A DNA stretch of 32,000 nucleotides from Microcystis aeruginosa NIES-843 (GTDB lineage: Bacteria > Cyanobacteriota > Cyanobacteriia > Cyanobacteriales > Microcystaceae). Below, in pieces: positions 1 through 7,778 of the stretch. A program made the position numbers and the translations under genes. How positions within the stretch are numbered: position 1 is the stretch's first letter; every line of letters starts with the position of its first letter. The stretch spans positions 4,680,001-4,712,000 of the forward strand of contig NC_010296.1 in the NCBI RefSeq assembly GCF_000010625.1, read 5' to 3'. The notes under the pieces are model-generated. The model did not search any database and was not told where the DNA came from. It saw nothing but the letters and a program-made list of their open reading frames with translations.

Positions 1-189
1 CCTTGTTGGATAAGACTTTTGGACTTTTTTCCCCTCAAAAAGTGCCAGCCATTGCGGGGATCGGGGGGAAAATTCCTGGACTTTTTCCCTGAAAATTAGG
101 TAATTTACCCGATGAAAATGGGTAAAACCCCACACCCCACACCCCACACCCCACACCCTGCCCCCAGGAAAAACTTTTTCAGCAAACCC
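1..189. mobile_element. MITE family A, partial copy cut by the window edge, inverted relative to 1341-1559
   Basis: Its reverse complement aligns with 1341-1559. It ends in the terminal repeat ...TTCAGCAAACCC and carries an internal (CCCCACA)n heptamer run at about 128-160. Confidence 0.7.
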
Positions 190-502
190 TACTTAATTTA
201 AATGAAACAGCCCTAGGGTTGGGGGGTTCTTGCCTCTTGCCTCGTCTCAACAAGCAATTTAAATTACGAACAGCTTAACTCAAGCAAGTTGATTATATTA
301 TGGAGATTTTTAATCTGCTTAACCCGAACTCAGGTTAATTTATTAGTTGGCGCATTATTTTGAATAAAATGTTCTCCAGCTTATTGAAAAGCAATCAGTT
401 ACGACAACGCTTGTAAATATGGTCATTTCAGATAAGTCTGATACAATCTAGACCGATAAAAACCCTAGGAAATCTGGCATTTATCTTCTCAATCTTATCT
501 TA

Positions 503-584
503 GACGCGGGATACTTTGATTAACAGCCTCTGGAGAAAATTTCCATTAATTTTGTCCAATTTGTTGACGAATTTATTCAATCAT
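503..584 (-). pseudogene. 5' remnant of a DUF4258-type toxin gene
   Basis: The DNA is homologous to 6581-6662, the start of the intact DUF4258 gene. It reads ATG ATT GAA TAA, so it stops after 3 codons. Homology ends at about 503. Confidence 0.6.
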
Positions 585-585
585 T

Positions 586-828
586 TCAGTCATAGCCGCC
601 TTTAATTTGAGCGTAAATATCCGTTGCTTTCATTTCACCAAATAACTGATCTTTAATTTCTAAATAATTTAGAGGTTGGGATGCTGTTTCTCTTAGAAAG
701 AAAGCCGCTTGAGCAATTCCCAATCTCTCCATGTTAGCCTGTACTGTAGAAGCAAGAGTTTTGTTATCTCCCATTACTCTGGGCAAAAATCTTAATGCTT
801 CGTTAACCGCATCAGCAGTAGGAAACAT
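586..828 (-). CDS. chimeric small ORF; its C-terminal ~46 aa belong to the 64-69 aa family at 1883-2092 and 6685-6879
   Basis: The C-terminus LGIAQAAFFLRETASQPLNYLEIKDQLFGEM matches the family. The N-terminal 32 aa derive from DNA repeated at 7118-7215, downstream of the intact PIN gene. This indicates a recombination joint. Confidence 0.4.
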   Translation of the reverse strand: MFPTADAVNEALRFLPRVMGDNKTLASTVQANMERLGIAQAAFFLRETASQPLNYLEIKDQLFGEMKATDIYAQIKGGYD

Positions 829-927
829 TTCTGCAAATCATCTTCCATTTCTGACTTATCCCTGTTCATAACCTTCTCGTTTGGTTCGCGTCACTTCCCT
901 TGCAATAAAGTTCCTCTGAGAAAGATG

Positions 928-1608
928 TCAGTCAAAACTAATATTTTGCCATAAATCTGCTCTGACAAATTTGGATAAATGACCTACATTTGTTGTTACA
1001 ATTATCAGATTTTTCACAGATAACGTGACAGCTTGTGCAATTAAAATCATATCACCATCAATTGTTTTATCTCCTGCTGTGGGTTGTCCTTGTTGGCGTG
1101 CCTGCGCCCAAAATAAAGCAGCTTTTCCCATTGCATCCATTGTAATGGCTAGGTATTCTATTAAGTTAGCTAACTCATCCAGTCGCTTAATTCCTTTAAT
1201 CTTGTTAGCGCGTAACAACTCTCGACGCACCTCATAATCAGCAATTTCTGGAAGAATAACCCTAATACCTGCTTTAATTAGCGTTTGTAGCCAACAATTA
1301 CAAGCTAGACTTTCAGGCGATCGCTTAGGATTAGTAATTAGGGTCTGCTGAAAAAGTTTTTCCTAGGGGCAGGGTATAGGGTGTAGGGTGTAGGGTGTGG
1401 GGTGTGGGGTTTTACCGATTTTGAGGGGGTCAATTACCTAATTTTCAGGGAAAAAGTACCTGAATTTCCCCCTGATCACTCCCATATCTGGTACTTTTGG
1501 ATTTCAAAAAAGTCTAAAAGTCTTATCCAGCAAGGTTTTTAGATTTATTCAGCCAGCCCTAATTAAACCGATAATTCCCGTATCTAATAAAACTACCCTA
1601 TTCACCAA
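928..1608 (-). pseudogene. PIN-domain (VapC-like) toxin, copy A, split by a 219-bp MITE
   Basis: Segments 928-1340 and 1560-1608 are colinear with the intact copy at 7323-7778. The MITE interrupts between them, with a TAATTA duplication on each side. Confidence 0.85.
1341..1559. mobile_element. MITE family A (219 bp)
   Basis: Terminal inverted repeats are GGGTCTGCTGAA...TTCAGCCAGCCC. A 6-bp target duplication TAATTA lies at 1335-1340 and 1560-1565. The uninterrupted target is visible at 7733-7738. An internal GGGTGTR heptamer run is present. Confidence 0.85.
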
Positions 1609-1886
1609 GTTACTCCCTTTAAGTGAGCCGGAAATAAAGGACGCTCAGATAAGCGATCTTGGTCAAGTGCTTCGATTAAATATTCACCGGTTTCTTGTTG
1701 TTCTTGTTCATCTTCTTCATCAATCCAAGATTGAAGTAAATTAACCAGTTTGGTCTGTTTTTCTTGTTCTAAAATAGTATCTTTAAGTAGCTTGAGGACA
1801 TAATCTTCTAGAGAAAGACCTTTCTCCCTCGCTTTTTGGCTGAGATATTGTTCGATTTCCGATGTTAAATTAAGAGTTAGTGTCAT
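1602..1886 (-). CDS. ribbon-helix-helix-type antitoxin, copy A (94 aa)
   Basis: It is paralogous to 5468-5770 and 7772-8074. The N-terminal strand-helix-helix pattern is LTLNLTSEIEQYLSQKAREKGLSLEDYVLKLL. Its stop overlaps the PIN start. Confidence 0.75.
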   Translation of the reverse strand: MTLTLNLTSEIEQYLSQKAREKGLSLEDYVLKLLKDTILEQEKQTKLVNLLQSWIDEEDEQEQQETGEYLIEALDQDRLSERPLFPAHLKGVTW

Positions 1887-2092
1887 AAGTCTTTAATCTG
1901 GTAGTAAATATCCTTCGCTGTCATTTCGCCAAATAACTGATCTTTAATTTCTAAATAATTTAGAGGTTGAGATGATGTTTCTCTTAGAAAGAAGGCCGCT
2001 TTAGCAATTCCCAATCTTTCTACGAGAGCTTTAACTCCCTCTTTTCTAATTTCCTCAATCTCAGGAATCGTCAAATCTGTTGGAACTTTCAT
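1883..2092 (-). CDS. small conserved protein (69 aa), possible HTH, function unknown
   Basis: The sequence is MKVPTDLTIPEIEEIRKEGVKALVERLGIAKAAFFLRE... The ATG at 2092 is preferred because the longer track ORF overlaps the upstream PIN gene. Its stop overlaps the next ATG (ATGA). Paralogues lie at 6685-6879 and 586-828. Confidence 0.6.
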   Translation of the reverse strand: MKVPTDLTIPEIEEIRKEGVKALVERLGIAKAAFFLRETSSQPLNYLEIKDQLFGEMTAKDIYYQIKDL

Positions 2093-2108
2093 AGTAATTT
2101 TTCTCAAT

Positions 2109-2558
2109 TCAAGCGTTGAAAATAATGGCGACAAACTCCACAGGAGTTTTAACAGCAAGAGTGCCACTGTATTTTTTAATCATTTGATCGTCGCAGGTAA
2201 TGAAGTAGTCTGCTTCTATAGCTTCGGCACAAGCAATATGCAAAGCATCTACTCCTTTAATTTTAGCAGAGGTTTCGATTTGCTGCGATCTTGCTAAGAC
2301 CTCTTCCGTAATCAGTTGAAAGTGCCTAGCTTGTTGCAGGACTAGCTCGACAAAAGTGCGGCGGTCGCTGTAAGGATTTCGCTGGGTTTCATATACTAGC
2401 GCATCAGAAGAGACAATTTCTATTGTTTCATTCTCCACCAGCAGGAAAATTAATTGCATCGAGATTGACTCCAAATAGATTCTGGCTTGAGTCTGATCGT
2501 CAAAGATTCGGTTGAGAACACTCGTATCAAGATAGACTTTCAATTTTACTTTAGTCAT
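2109..2558 (-). CDS. PIN-domain protein (149 aa), putative toxin
   Basis: PIN acidic motifs are present: VYLDTSVL, ALVYET, GVDALHIACAE, FITCDD. Confidence 0.8.
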   Translation of the reverse strand: MTKVKLKVYLDTSVLNRIFDDQTQARIYLESISMQLIFLLVENETIEIVSSDALVYETQRNPYSDRRTFVELVLQQARHFQLITEEVLARSQQIETSAKIKGVDALHIACAEAIEADYFITCDDQMIKKYSGTLAVKTPVEFVAIIFNA

Positions 2559-2582
2559 TCACACTTCTACTATTATAACCCC

Positions 2583-2621
2583 AAAAAAGCGATCGCACTT
2601 TATCAATAGAGCGCGATCGCT
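2583..2621 (-). terminator. HIP1-based hairpin followed by a U run (intrinsic terminator)
   Basis: On the minus strand: AGCGATCGCGCT - loop - AGTGCGATCGCT followed by TTTTTT. It lies downstream of the displaced PEP-CTERM 3' end. Confidence 0.6.
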
Positions 2622-2697
2622 GCTAATTTAAGGCTAGATTTGCCAGTTTTTTATTTTAATTTGCGCTTCAAGGCTGCACCCGCACCCAAAGCACCAA

Positions 2698-3876
2698 GGG
2701 AGCATCCCAGTTTTGCAATGAGTAAAAATACTCAGGCAATATCGCCGTTGAGATAAGCACAACGTAGCTTCAAATACTGAGGAACATTCTCTGCTTTCCA
2801 TTGTGCTCCCACAATTTTCATTCTTGCACCTATTTGCTTAATCTTTGACTCTACACTTCCAGAACCGATGCAAATCCCTTGTGATTGATAGAGTTCGTAA
2901 TTGGGTATTCTTTCTCGATGTTTATCGACATATTTGGTGAAATTTATAGCCTGTTTCTTTTTGCATCCCTCTAATTCCTCTAAAACTCTTTTCACCTCTC
3001 CTTTCCATAAATTCTCTTTGATTCTATTCAGACGCTTGTTTGACCCGCCTATTTTCTTCATATTCTCTACTAAATGATACCAATCCAATATTTCTCTCCT
3101 TTTAACACCGATTTTCTCCATCAGATTCCACACCCCATCATGACCATCTCCTAAACAGGTGACTACCTCTGTTAAGGGCTGACGGTTCACCCATTCCAGT
3201 AATTCTTCATTTTGCTGAAAAAATCCCGCACATTCTTGACCATGCAGACTTACTGCTTTGTAATCTCGACCTTGACTCGGTTGTCCTTTGGGCGTTCTGA
3301 TTCTGACTTTTCCGACCTCTACACTCAATGCTTCTACCGGACTCTTTGCTTCTGCTTCCTCAAATTTATATCTTTGTACAAGCCTCTGTTGACTACTGCC
3401 TGAAACTGCCATTCCTGTCGCCATTTTGATAGCTTTTTCCGCATCTTCAAAAGAGACTTTAGCCACTGCTCCTAAGCAACATTTCTCCAGCATGGGACTT
3501 AATCGATTATTCTTGCTTAATCCTAGTTTATCGGCTTGTTTCTCGCTTATCTTGACTTTCCCTATGATACTGCTTACGCTTTTGGTTCGCCCTGCTTGGG
3601 TTCCTGTTGCTGATTCAAAAAAAAATTGCCTATGGCAGGACCCAATGTAGTCAGCCAATGGTCTCGCAGGGCGGTTTCAATGCCCTCAAAGCTACGTAGT
3701 TGTTCTTCTGGGGTATTATCGACTAGAATTTGAGCAATGGCTTTTAAATGTTGATCTAGTTGTTCTTTTTGGTCTGTATTCATGATTCTACCGTTTAATT
3801 GTTTCTCTTTATTTTGCCTTAGCTAACGTTTTTAGTCTCTAAGCATTTATACTTATGGCAAAATTGGGATGCTCCC
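2698..3876 (-). mobile_element. IS element (1179 bp); DDE transposase; ISKra4/ISLre2-like assignment is tentative
   Basis: Imperfect ~30-bp terminal inverted repeats begin GGGAGCATCCCA. A 9-bp target duplication AAGCACCAA lies at 2689-2697 and 3877-3885. The intact target is visible in the paralogue at 10640-10650. Confidence 0.85.
2732..3783 (-). CDS. IS transposase in two overlapping frames (69 aa + 308 aa), joined by a -1 slip on a T9 run
   Basis: ORFs 3574-3783 and 2732-3658 overlap. The T9 run (A9 on the plus strand, 3617-3625) lies in the overlap. Motifs include LGDGHDGVWN, DWYHLVEN and IGSGSVES. Confidence 0.7.
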
Positions 3877-4696
3877 AAGCACCAATGGCGAGTAAACCTA
3901 AGACTGAAGCAGGTTCAGGTACATTTGCTTTGCGAAAAGCAACTTCACCAATAGCACAGCTAGGGAAACTAGCAGGGTTTGGTTGCGGACAGTCCGACAT
4001 ATCAAACCGGATATACCGGGTATTCACCGACGCAAAGGAGAACACGTCAGCTGGATAGTTGGCCAAAGGGTTATCGGTCGGTTTCAATCCTAATGCCAAT
4101 GGCGCAAAGTTTATGCCATCCGAGGAGTGAAATAAATTGAGAGTCCCTATGCCTGAAGTTTCCTCGTTCCAAAGCGCCAAGCGATCAATATTCGTTAGAG
4201 AGCCGAGGTCGTAAGTGACACTCGCACTCGTAGTGCCATAATTGCTGAACCATTCATAACCGGGAAAAGTGAGAGTATGCAGTGGATTTGTTGCTAAATA
4301 AGTGTCAAAGTCTGTGACACCGCTTACAAAGTTGCTGGACAAGCCAGCCTGGTTAATGGTTTCTGTGAGGGTACCGAACCCCGGTCCGCCGCTATTGATA
4401 ATACCGCTCGTTGGGCTAAAAATTACTCCAGCATCTGCTTTAGGAGCAGCAATAATGCAGGTAGAAAGGGCTGCTCCAGCAGCAGCCGTTGAAAATTTTT
4501 TGATCACAGTCGAAGTTTTCATGTTCAGAAAGTTTCCTCAAAACAAATAAATAAACAAATGTTCTGAATGCCCTTTAAAGGAGAAAATCTCAAATTAAGC
4601 GACATTGGCAAGGGAGAAAGACTGGTTTTTTCAAAATTGCCAATCACTAAATTTTAAGCTAGTTCCTCAATGACAAGACAGAGCCATAACGCGATT

Positions 4697-4724
4697 ATTA
4701 TACCCCCCCCCCCGATTTTGTCAA
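4697..4724 (-). promoter_or_regulatory. sigma70-type promoter TTGACA-N16-TATAAT with a G11 tract inside the spacer
   Basis: The minus strand reads cacTTGACAaaatcGGGGGGGGGGGTATAATaat, about 170 nt upstream of the PEP-CTERM ATG at 4522. Confidence 0.55.
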
Positions 4725-4798
4725 GTGTAAACCAACAGAAATTAAAAAAATTTTACAATTATTGTTGCCCTTGAGAGTAGGGTAGTAAAAAATAAAAA

Positions 4799-4998
4799 AT
4801 CTTTGGTTCTTCGTTGCCTGGTATGGTTTGATCGGGTGGCATAAATCGACTAAATCCTTATCTGGCAAGAGACTTAATTGATTAGTTCGTTCTAGAACGA
4901 AAACAATTGACAAATATCGCAGCAATCTCTTTCTCTATAAGGGTTTCATCTCTTATAATCCCGTCCCTTGCATAACACAAACCGAAGAACCAAATCTT
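4799..4998. repeat. MITE-like repeat family C (~200 bp)
   Basis: Short inverted termini are TTTGGTTCTTCG / CGAAGAACCAAA. A second copy lies at 11689-11886 and a fragment at 15535-15622. Confidence 0.45.
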
Positions 4999-5061
4999 TT
5001 AACCGGTTGGTCTTGGATTTTAGAATCTCTATGTCTGTCGGGAATTGAGAAATTTAGTATG

Positions 5062-5243
5062 GGGAGCATCTCACCTTTGCAATGAGCATAAATACTTAGT
5101 GGAAAAATAGGCTTTTCGAGGGTAATTCTTGTTTTAATTCTCCATGTACGCAGTCTTTAAAAGCCTCTATTTCGTTCCAAGACACGATTAAGAGTGGCTT
5201 TTAGGCTAAGTATAATTACTTATCGCGTAAGTGAGATGCTCCC
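5062..5243. mobile_element. 182-bp MITE derived from the IS at 2698-3876
   Basis: Its terminal repeats (GGGAGCATCTCAC...) match the IS ends over about 35 bp. A perfect 9-bp target duplication TTTAGTATG lies at 5053-5061 and 5244-5252. Confidence 0.8.
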
Positions 5244-5279
5244 TTTAGTATGTAGCTATACACGATTAATTACACACAT

Positions 5280-5474
5280 CTAACTACTAATCTTGTTAGC
5301 GCGTAACAACTCTCGACGCACCTCATAATCAGCAATTTCTGGAAGAATAACCCTAATACCTGCTTTAATTAGCGTTTGTAGCCAACAATTACAAGCTAGA
5401 CTTTCAGGCGCTCGCTTAGGATTAGTAATTAAACCGATAATTCCCGTATCTAATAAAACTACTCTATTCACCAA
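5280..5474 (-). pseudogene. PIN-domain toxin, copy B, truncated after ~61 codons
   Basis: It is colinear with the N-terminal part of 7323-7778 down to about 5288. Unrelated sequence follows. Confidence 0.75.
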
Positions 5475-5770
5475 GTTACTCCCTTTAAGTGAGCCGGAAA
5501 TAAAGGACGCTCAGATAAGCGATCTTGGTCAAGTGCTTCGATTAAATATTCACCTGTTTCTTTTTGTTCTTGTTCATCTTCTTCATCAATCCAAGATTGA
5601 AGTAAATTAACCAGTTTGGTCTGTTTTTCTTGTTCTAAAATAGTATCCTTGAGCAACTTTAGGACATAAGCTTCTAGAGAAAGACCTTTCTCCCTCGCTT
5701 TTTGGCTGAGATATTGTTCGATTTCTGATGTTAAATTAAGAGTTAGTGGCATGGGCTTGACTTGAATCAA
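5468..5770 (-). CDS. ribbon-helix-helix-type antitoxin, copy B (100 aa)
   Basis: It is near-identical to 7772-8074. Confidence 0.75.
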   Translation of the reverse strand: MIQVKPMPLTLNLTSEIEQYLSQKAREKGLSLEAYVLKLLKDTILEQEKQTKLVNLLQSWIDEEDEQEQKETGEYLIEALDQDRLSERPLFPAHLKGVTW

Positions 5771-5789
5771 TTTATCGTGTCTTTAACTA

Positions 5790-6023
5790 GGGTTTGCTGA
5801 AAAAGTTTGTTGGTGGGGTTAGGAGTCGGTCGTCAGGAGTCTCCGAGTCAGTAGCCGGTCGTTTCAGGCTTTGTTGCCCTCTTTTTTTGTACCAGTTTAT
5901 GTACTAAAAAAAGGATAATGCCAGGTTTTTGAAGGTCTTAATCCTATATTCTTGCACTAACATCGGATTTTAACAGGTCAAAAGTCTTATTTTAAAAGGG
6001 TTTTACCATTATTCAGCAAGCCC
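5790..6023. mobile_element. MITE family A variant (234 bp; same termini, different core)
   Basis: Termini are GGGTTTGCTGAA...TTCAGCAAGCCC. A 6-bp duplication TAACTA lies at 5784-5789 and 6024-6029. The empty site is visible at 8088-8093. Confidence 0.8.
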
Positions 6024-6037
6024 TAACTATTATAAAC

Positions 6038-6075
6038 AAAAAAGCGATCGCACTCTACAAATATAGCGCAATCGC
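6038..6075 (-). terminator. HIP1-type hairpin plus U run (weaker stem)
   Basis: On the minus strand: GCGATTGCGCT - loop - AGTGCGATCGC followed by TTTTTT. It lies 3' of the DUF4258 module. Confidence 0.45.
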
Positions 6076-6127
6076 CCCTAATTTAAGACTTCAATTGTTG
6101 CTCGATTTGCCAGTTTTCTATTAAACA

Positions 6128-6355
6128 CTAACTAGCAAAGTCAAATACTGGTGTTTCAATTACCCGTTTTGGTCGCTTATTTTCCCAGACAATTTCCTGC
6201 AAGCGTTCGACAGTTTCTGGTGCAAAAAAACGCTCTCCCGTTTCTACACAGACTCTAGCGGGGACATTTTCTATAATGAAAAAATTGCCATTGATTTCAA
6301 GGGTATAGGTAACTTCTTGTTCAATTAAGGTTTCTTGTCTAGAATTAGTTGACAT
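6128..6355 (-). CDS. YgiT/MqsA-like antitoxin partner of DUF4258, with zinc ligands apparently degenerate
   Basis: 75 aa with NVPARVCVETGERFF. It overlaps the upstream toxin-like gene by 11 nt. Confidence 0.6.
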   Translation of the reverse strand: MSTNSRQETLIEQEVTYTLEINGNFFIIENVPARVCVETGERFFAPETVERLQEIVWENKRPKRVIETPVFDFAS

Positions 6356-6662
6356 CTGGTGTTATCCTTGATTTAAAATCAATCCATAAATTTGGATCGG
6401 GTTCATATAGGGTAATAATTTTGAGCAAAGGGCGAGAGGGATAGCTACAATGAATGTGTAAGGCTCTATTAATTAGAGTAAATCCCAAAAGTAAACAGCT
6501 TGCACCATACTTATCAGCCGGATAATCTTCAATAATTTCGCTTTGTTCCATCGCCTCCCGTAATTCTTGAACACTGATCTGACGCAGGATACTTTGATTG
6601 ACAGCGTGTTGAGAAAATTCCCATTGGTTTTGTCTAACTTTTTGACGAATTTCCTCAATCAT
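6345..6662 (-). CDS. DUF4258-domain toxin-like protein (105 aa)
   Basis: The pattern is FSQHAVNQSILRQISVQELREAM..IIEDYPADKYGASCLLLG...ITLYEPD. Confidence 0.75.
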   Translation of the reverse strand: MIEEIRQKVRQNQWEFSQHAVNQSILRQISVQELREAMEQSEIIEDYPADKYGASCLLLGFTLINRALHIHCSYPSRPLLKIITLYEPDPNLWIDFKSRITPDVN

Positions 6663-6684
6663 TTCAGTGATAGCCGCCTTTAAT

Positions 6685-6879
6685 TTAATCGTAAATATCC
6701 GTCGCTGTCATTTCACCAAATAACTGATCTTTAATTTCTAAATAATTTAGAGGTTGGGATGCTGTTTCTCTTAGAAAGAAAGCCGCTTTAGCAATTCCCA
6801 ATCTCTCTACGAGAGCTTTAACCCCCTCTTTTCTAATTTCATCAATCTCAGGAATCGTCAAATCTGTTTGAATTTTCAT
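6685..6879 (-). CDS. small conserved protein (64 aa), same family as 1883-2092
   Basis: The sequence is MKIQTDLTIPEIDEIRKEGVKALVERLGIAKAAFFLRETASQPLNYLEIKDQLFGEM. It ends 22 nt upstream of the DUF4258 start. Confidence 0.6.
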   Translation of the reverse strand: MKIQTDLTIPEIDEIRKEGVKALVERLGIAKAAFFLRETASQPLNYLEIKDQLFGEMTATDIYD

Positions 6880-6996
6880 AGTAATTTTTCGGCTCTCCCG
6901 TATTTGTGGTGATAAGAAAAGGTTATCTAAGGGAGGGTGTATGCCATACGCCCCTACAGAAAAGGAATTTGCCAGGCTGTACTAGGATTATAACAC

Positions 6997-7033
6997 AAAA
7001 AGCGATCGCCCTCTACAAATATAGCGTGATCGC
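6997..7033 (-). terminator. degenerate HIP1-type hairpin plus short U run
   Basis: It has the same junction-module sequence as 6038-6075 but more stem mismatches. Confidence 0.35.
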
Positions 7034-7322
7034 ATCTAATTCGAGACTATAGCTTTATTCGCCATTCCCTTCGCTTTTTTATAAATACTCAATCCCGCCC
7101 CGCATTTCGTCAGGACTCAGCCTTGATGTTAGCCTGTACTGTAGAAGCAAGAGTTTTGTTATCTCCCATTACTCTGGGCAAAAATCTTAATGCTTCGTTA
7201 ACCGCATCAGCAGTAGGAAACATTTCTGCAAATCATCTTCCATTTCTGACTTATCCCTGTTCATAACCTTCTCGTTTGGTTCGCGTCACTTCCCTTGCAA
7301 TAAAGTTCCTCTGAGAAAGATG

Positions 7323-7778
7323 TCAATCAAAACTAATATTTTGCCATAAATCTGCTCTGACAAATTTGGATAAATGACCTACATTTGTTGTTACAATTAT
7401 CAGATTTTTCACAGATAACGTGACAGCTTGTGCAATTAAAATCATATCACCATCAATTGTTTTATCTCCTGCTGTGGGTTGTCCTTGTTGGCGTGCCTGC
7501 GCCCAAAATAAAGCAGCTTTTCCCATTGCATCCGTTGTAATGGCTAGGTATTCTATTAAGTTAGCTAACTCATCCAGTCGCTTAATTCCTTTAATCTTGT
7601 TAGCGCGTAACAACTCTCGACGCACCTCATAATCAGCAATTTCTGGAAGAATAACCCTAATAGCTGCTTTAATTAGTATTTGTAGCCAACAATTACAAGC
7701 TAGACTTTCATGCGCTCGCTTAGGATTAGTAATTAAACCGATAATTCCCGTATCTAATAAAACTACTCTATTCACCAA
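7323..7778 (-). CDS. PIN-domain (VapC-like) toxin, copy C, intact (151 aa)
   Basis: Motifs VLLDTGIIG, LPEIADYEV, IDGDMILIAQAV and TTNVGH. The start (TTG/GTG) overlaps the antitoxin stop. Confidence 0.85.
   Translation of the reverse strand: MVNRVVLLDTGIIGLITNPKRAHESLACNCWLQILIKAAIRVILPEIADYEVRRELLRANKIKGIKRLDELANLIEYLAITTDAMGKAALFWAQARQQGQPTAGDKTIDGDMILIAQAVTLSVKNLIIVTTNVGHLSKFVRADLWQNISFD

Larger units (their letters stand above)
2651..4522 (-). pseudogene. PEP-CTERM surface protein gene interrupted by an IS within the sorting signal
   Basis: There is an N-terminal signal peptide and a PEPASVLGLLAIGA motif immediately before the IS. The missing tail GALGAGAALKRKLK* is encoded at 2651-2695, beyond the IS. 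Motifs such as LALWNEE, YIRFDM and IGEVAF suggest a discoidin-like domain. Confidence 0.8.

Noticed and set aside
421-445. GGTCATTTCAGATAAGTCTGATAC, resembling the IS630 terminal repeat at 17190
   Set aside because: It may be a solo terminal-repeat remnant, but no matching opposite end or transposase fragment could be found nearby. The similarity (about 19 of 24) is not decisive by eye.
1025-1237. 70-aa ORFs antisense to the PIN genes (1025-1237 and 7420-7632)
   Set aside because: They lie entirely within well-supported PIN coding sequence on the opposite strand and have no independent signals.
4698-4925. 75-aa ORF (and its 74-aa paralogue at 11590-11814) upstream of the PEP-CTERM genes
   Set aside because: The ORFs run through the poly-C/G tract, the promoter hexamers and repeat family C. 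Differences between the two copies are mostly non-synonymous. No ribosome-binding site is present.
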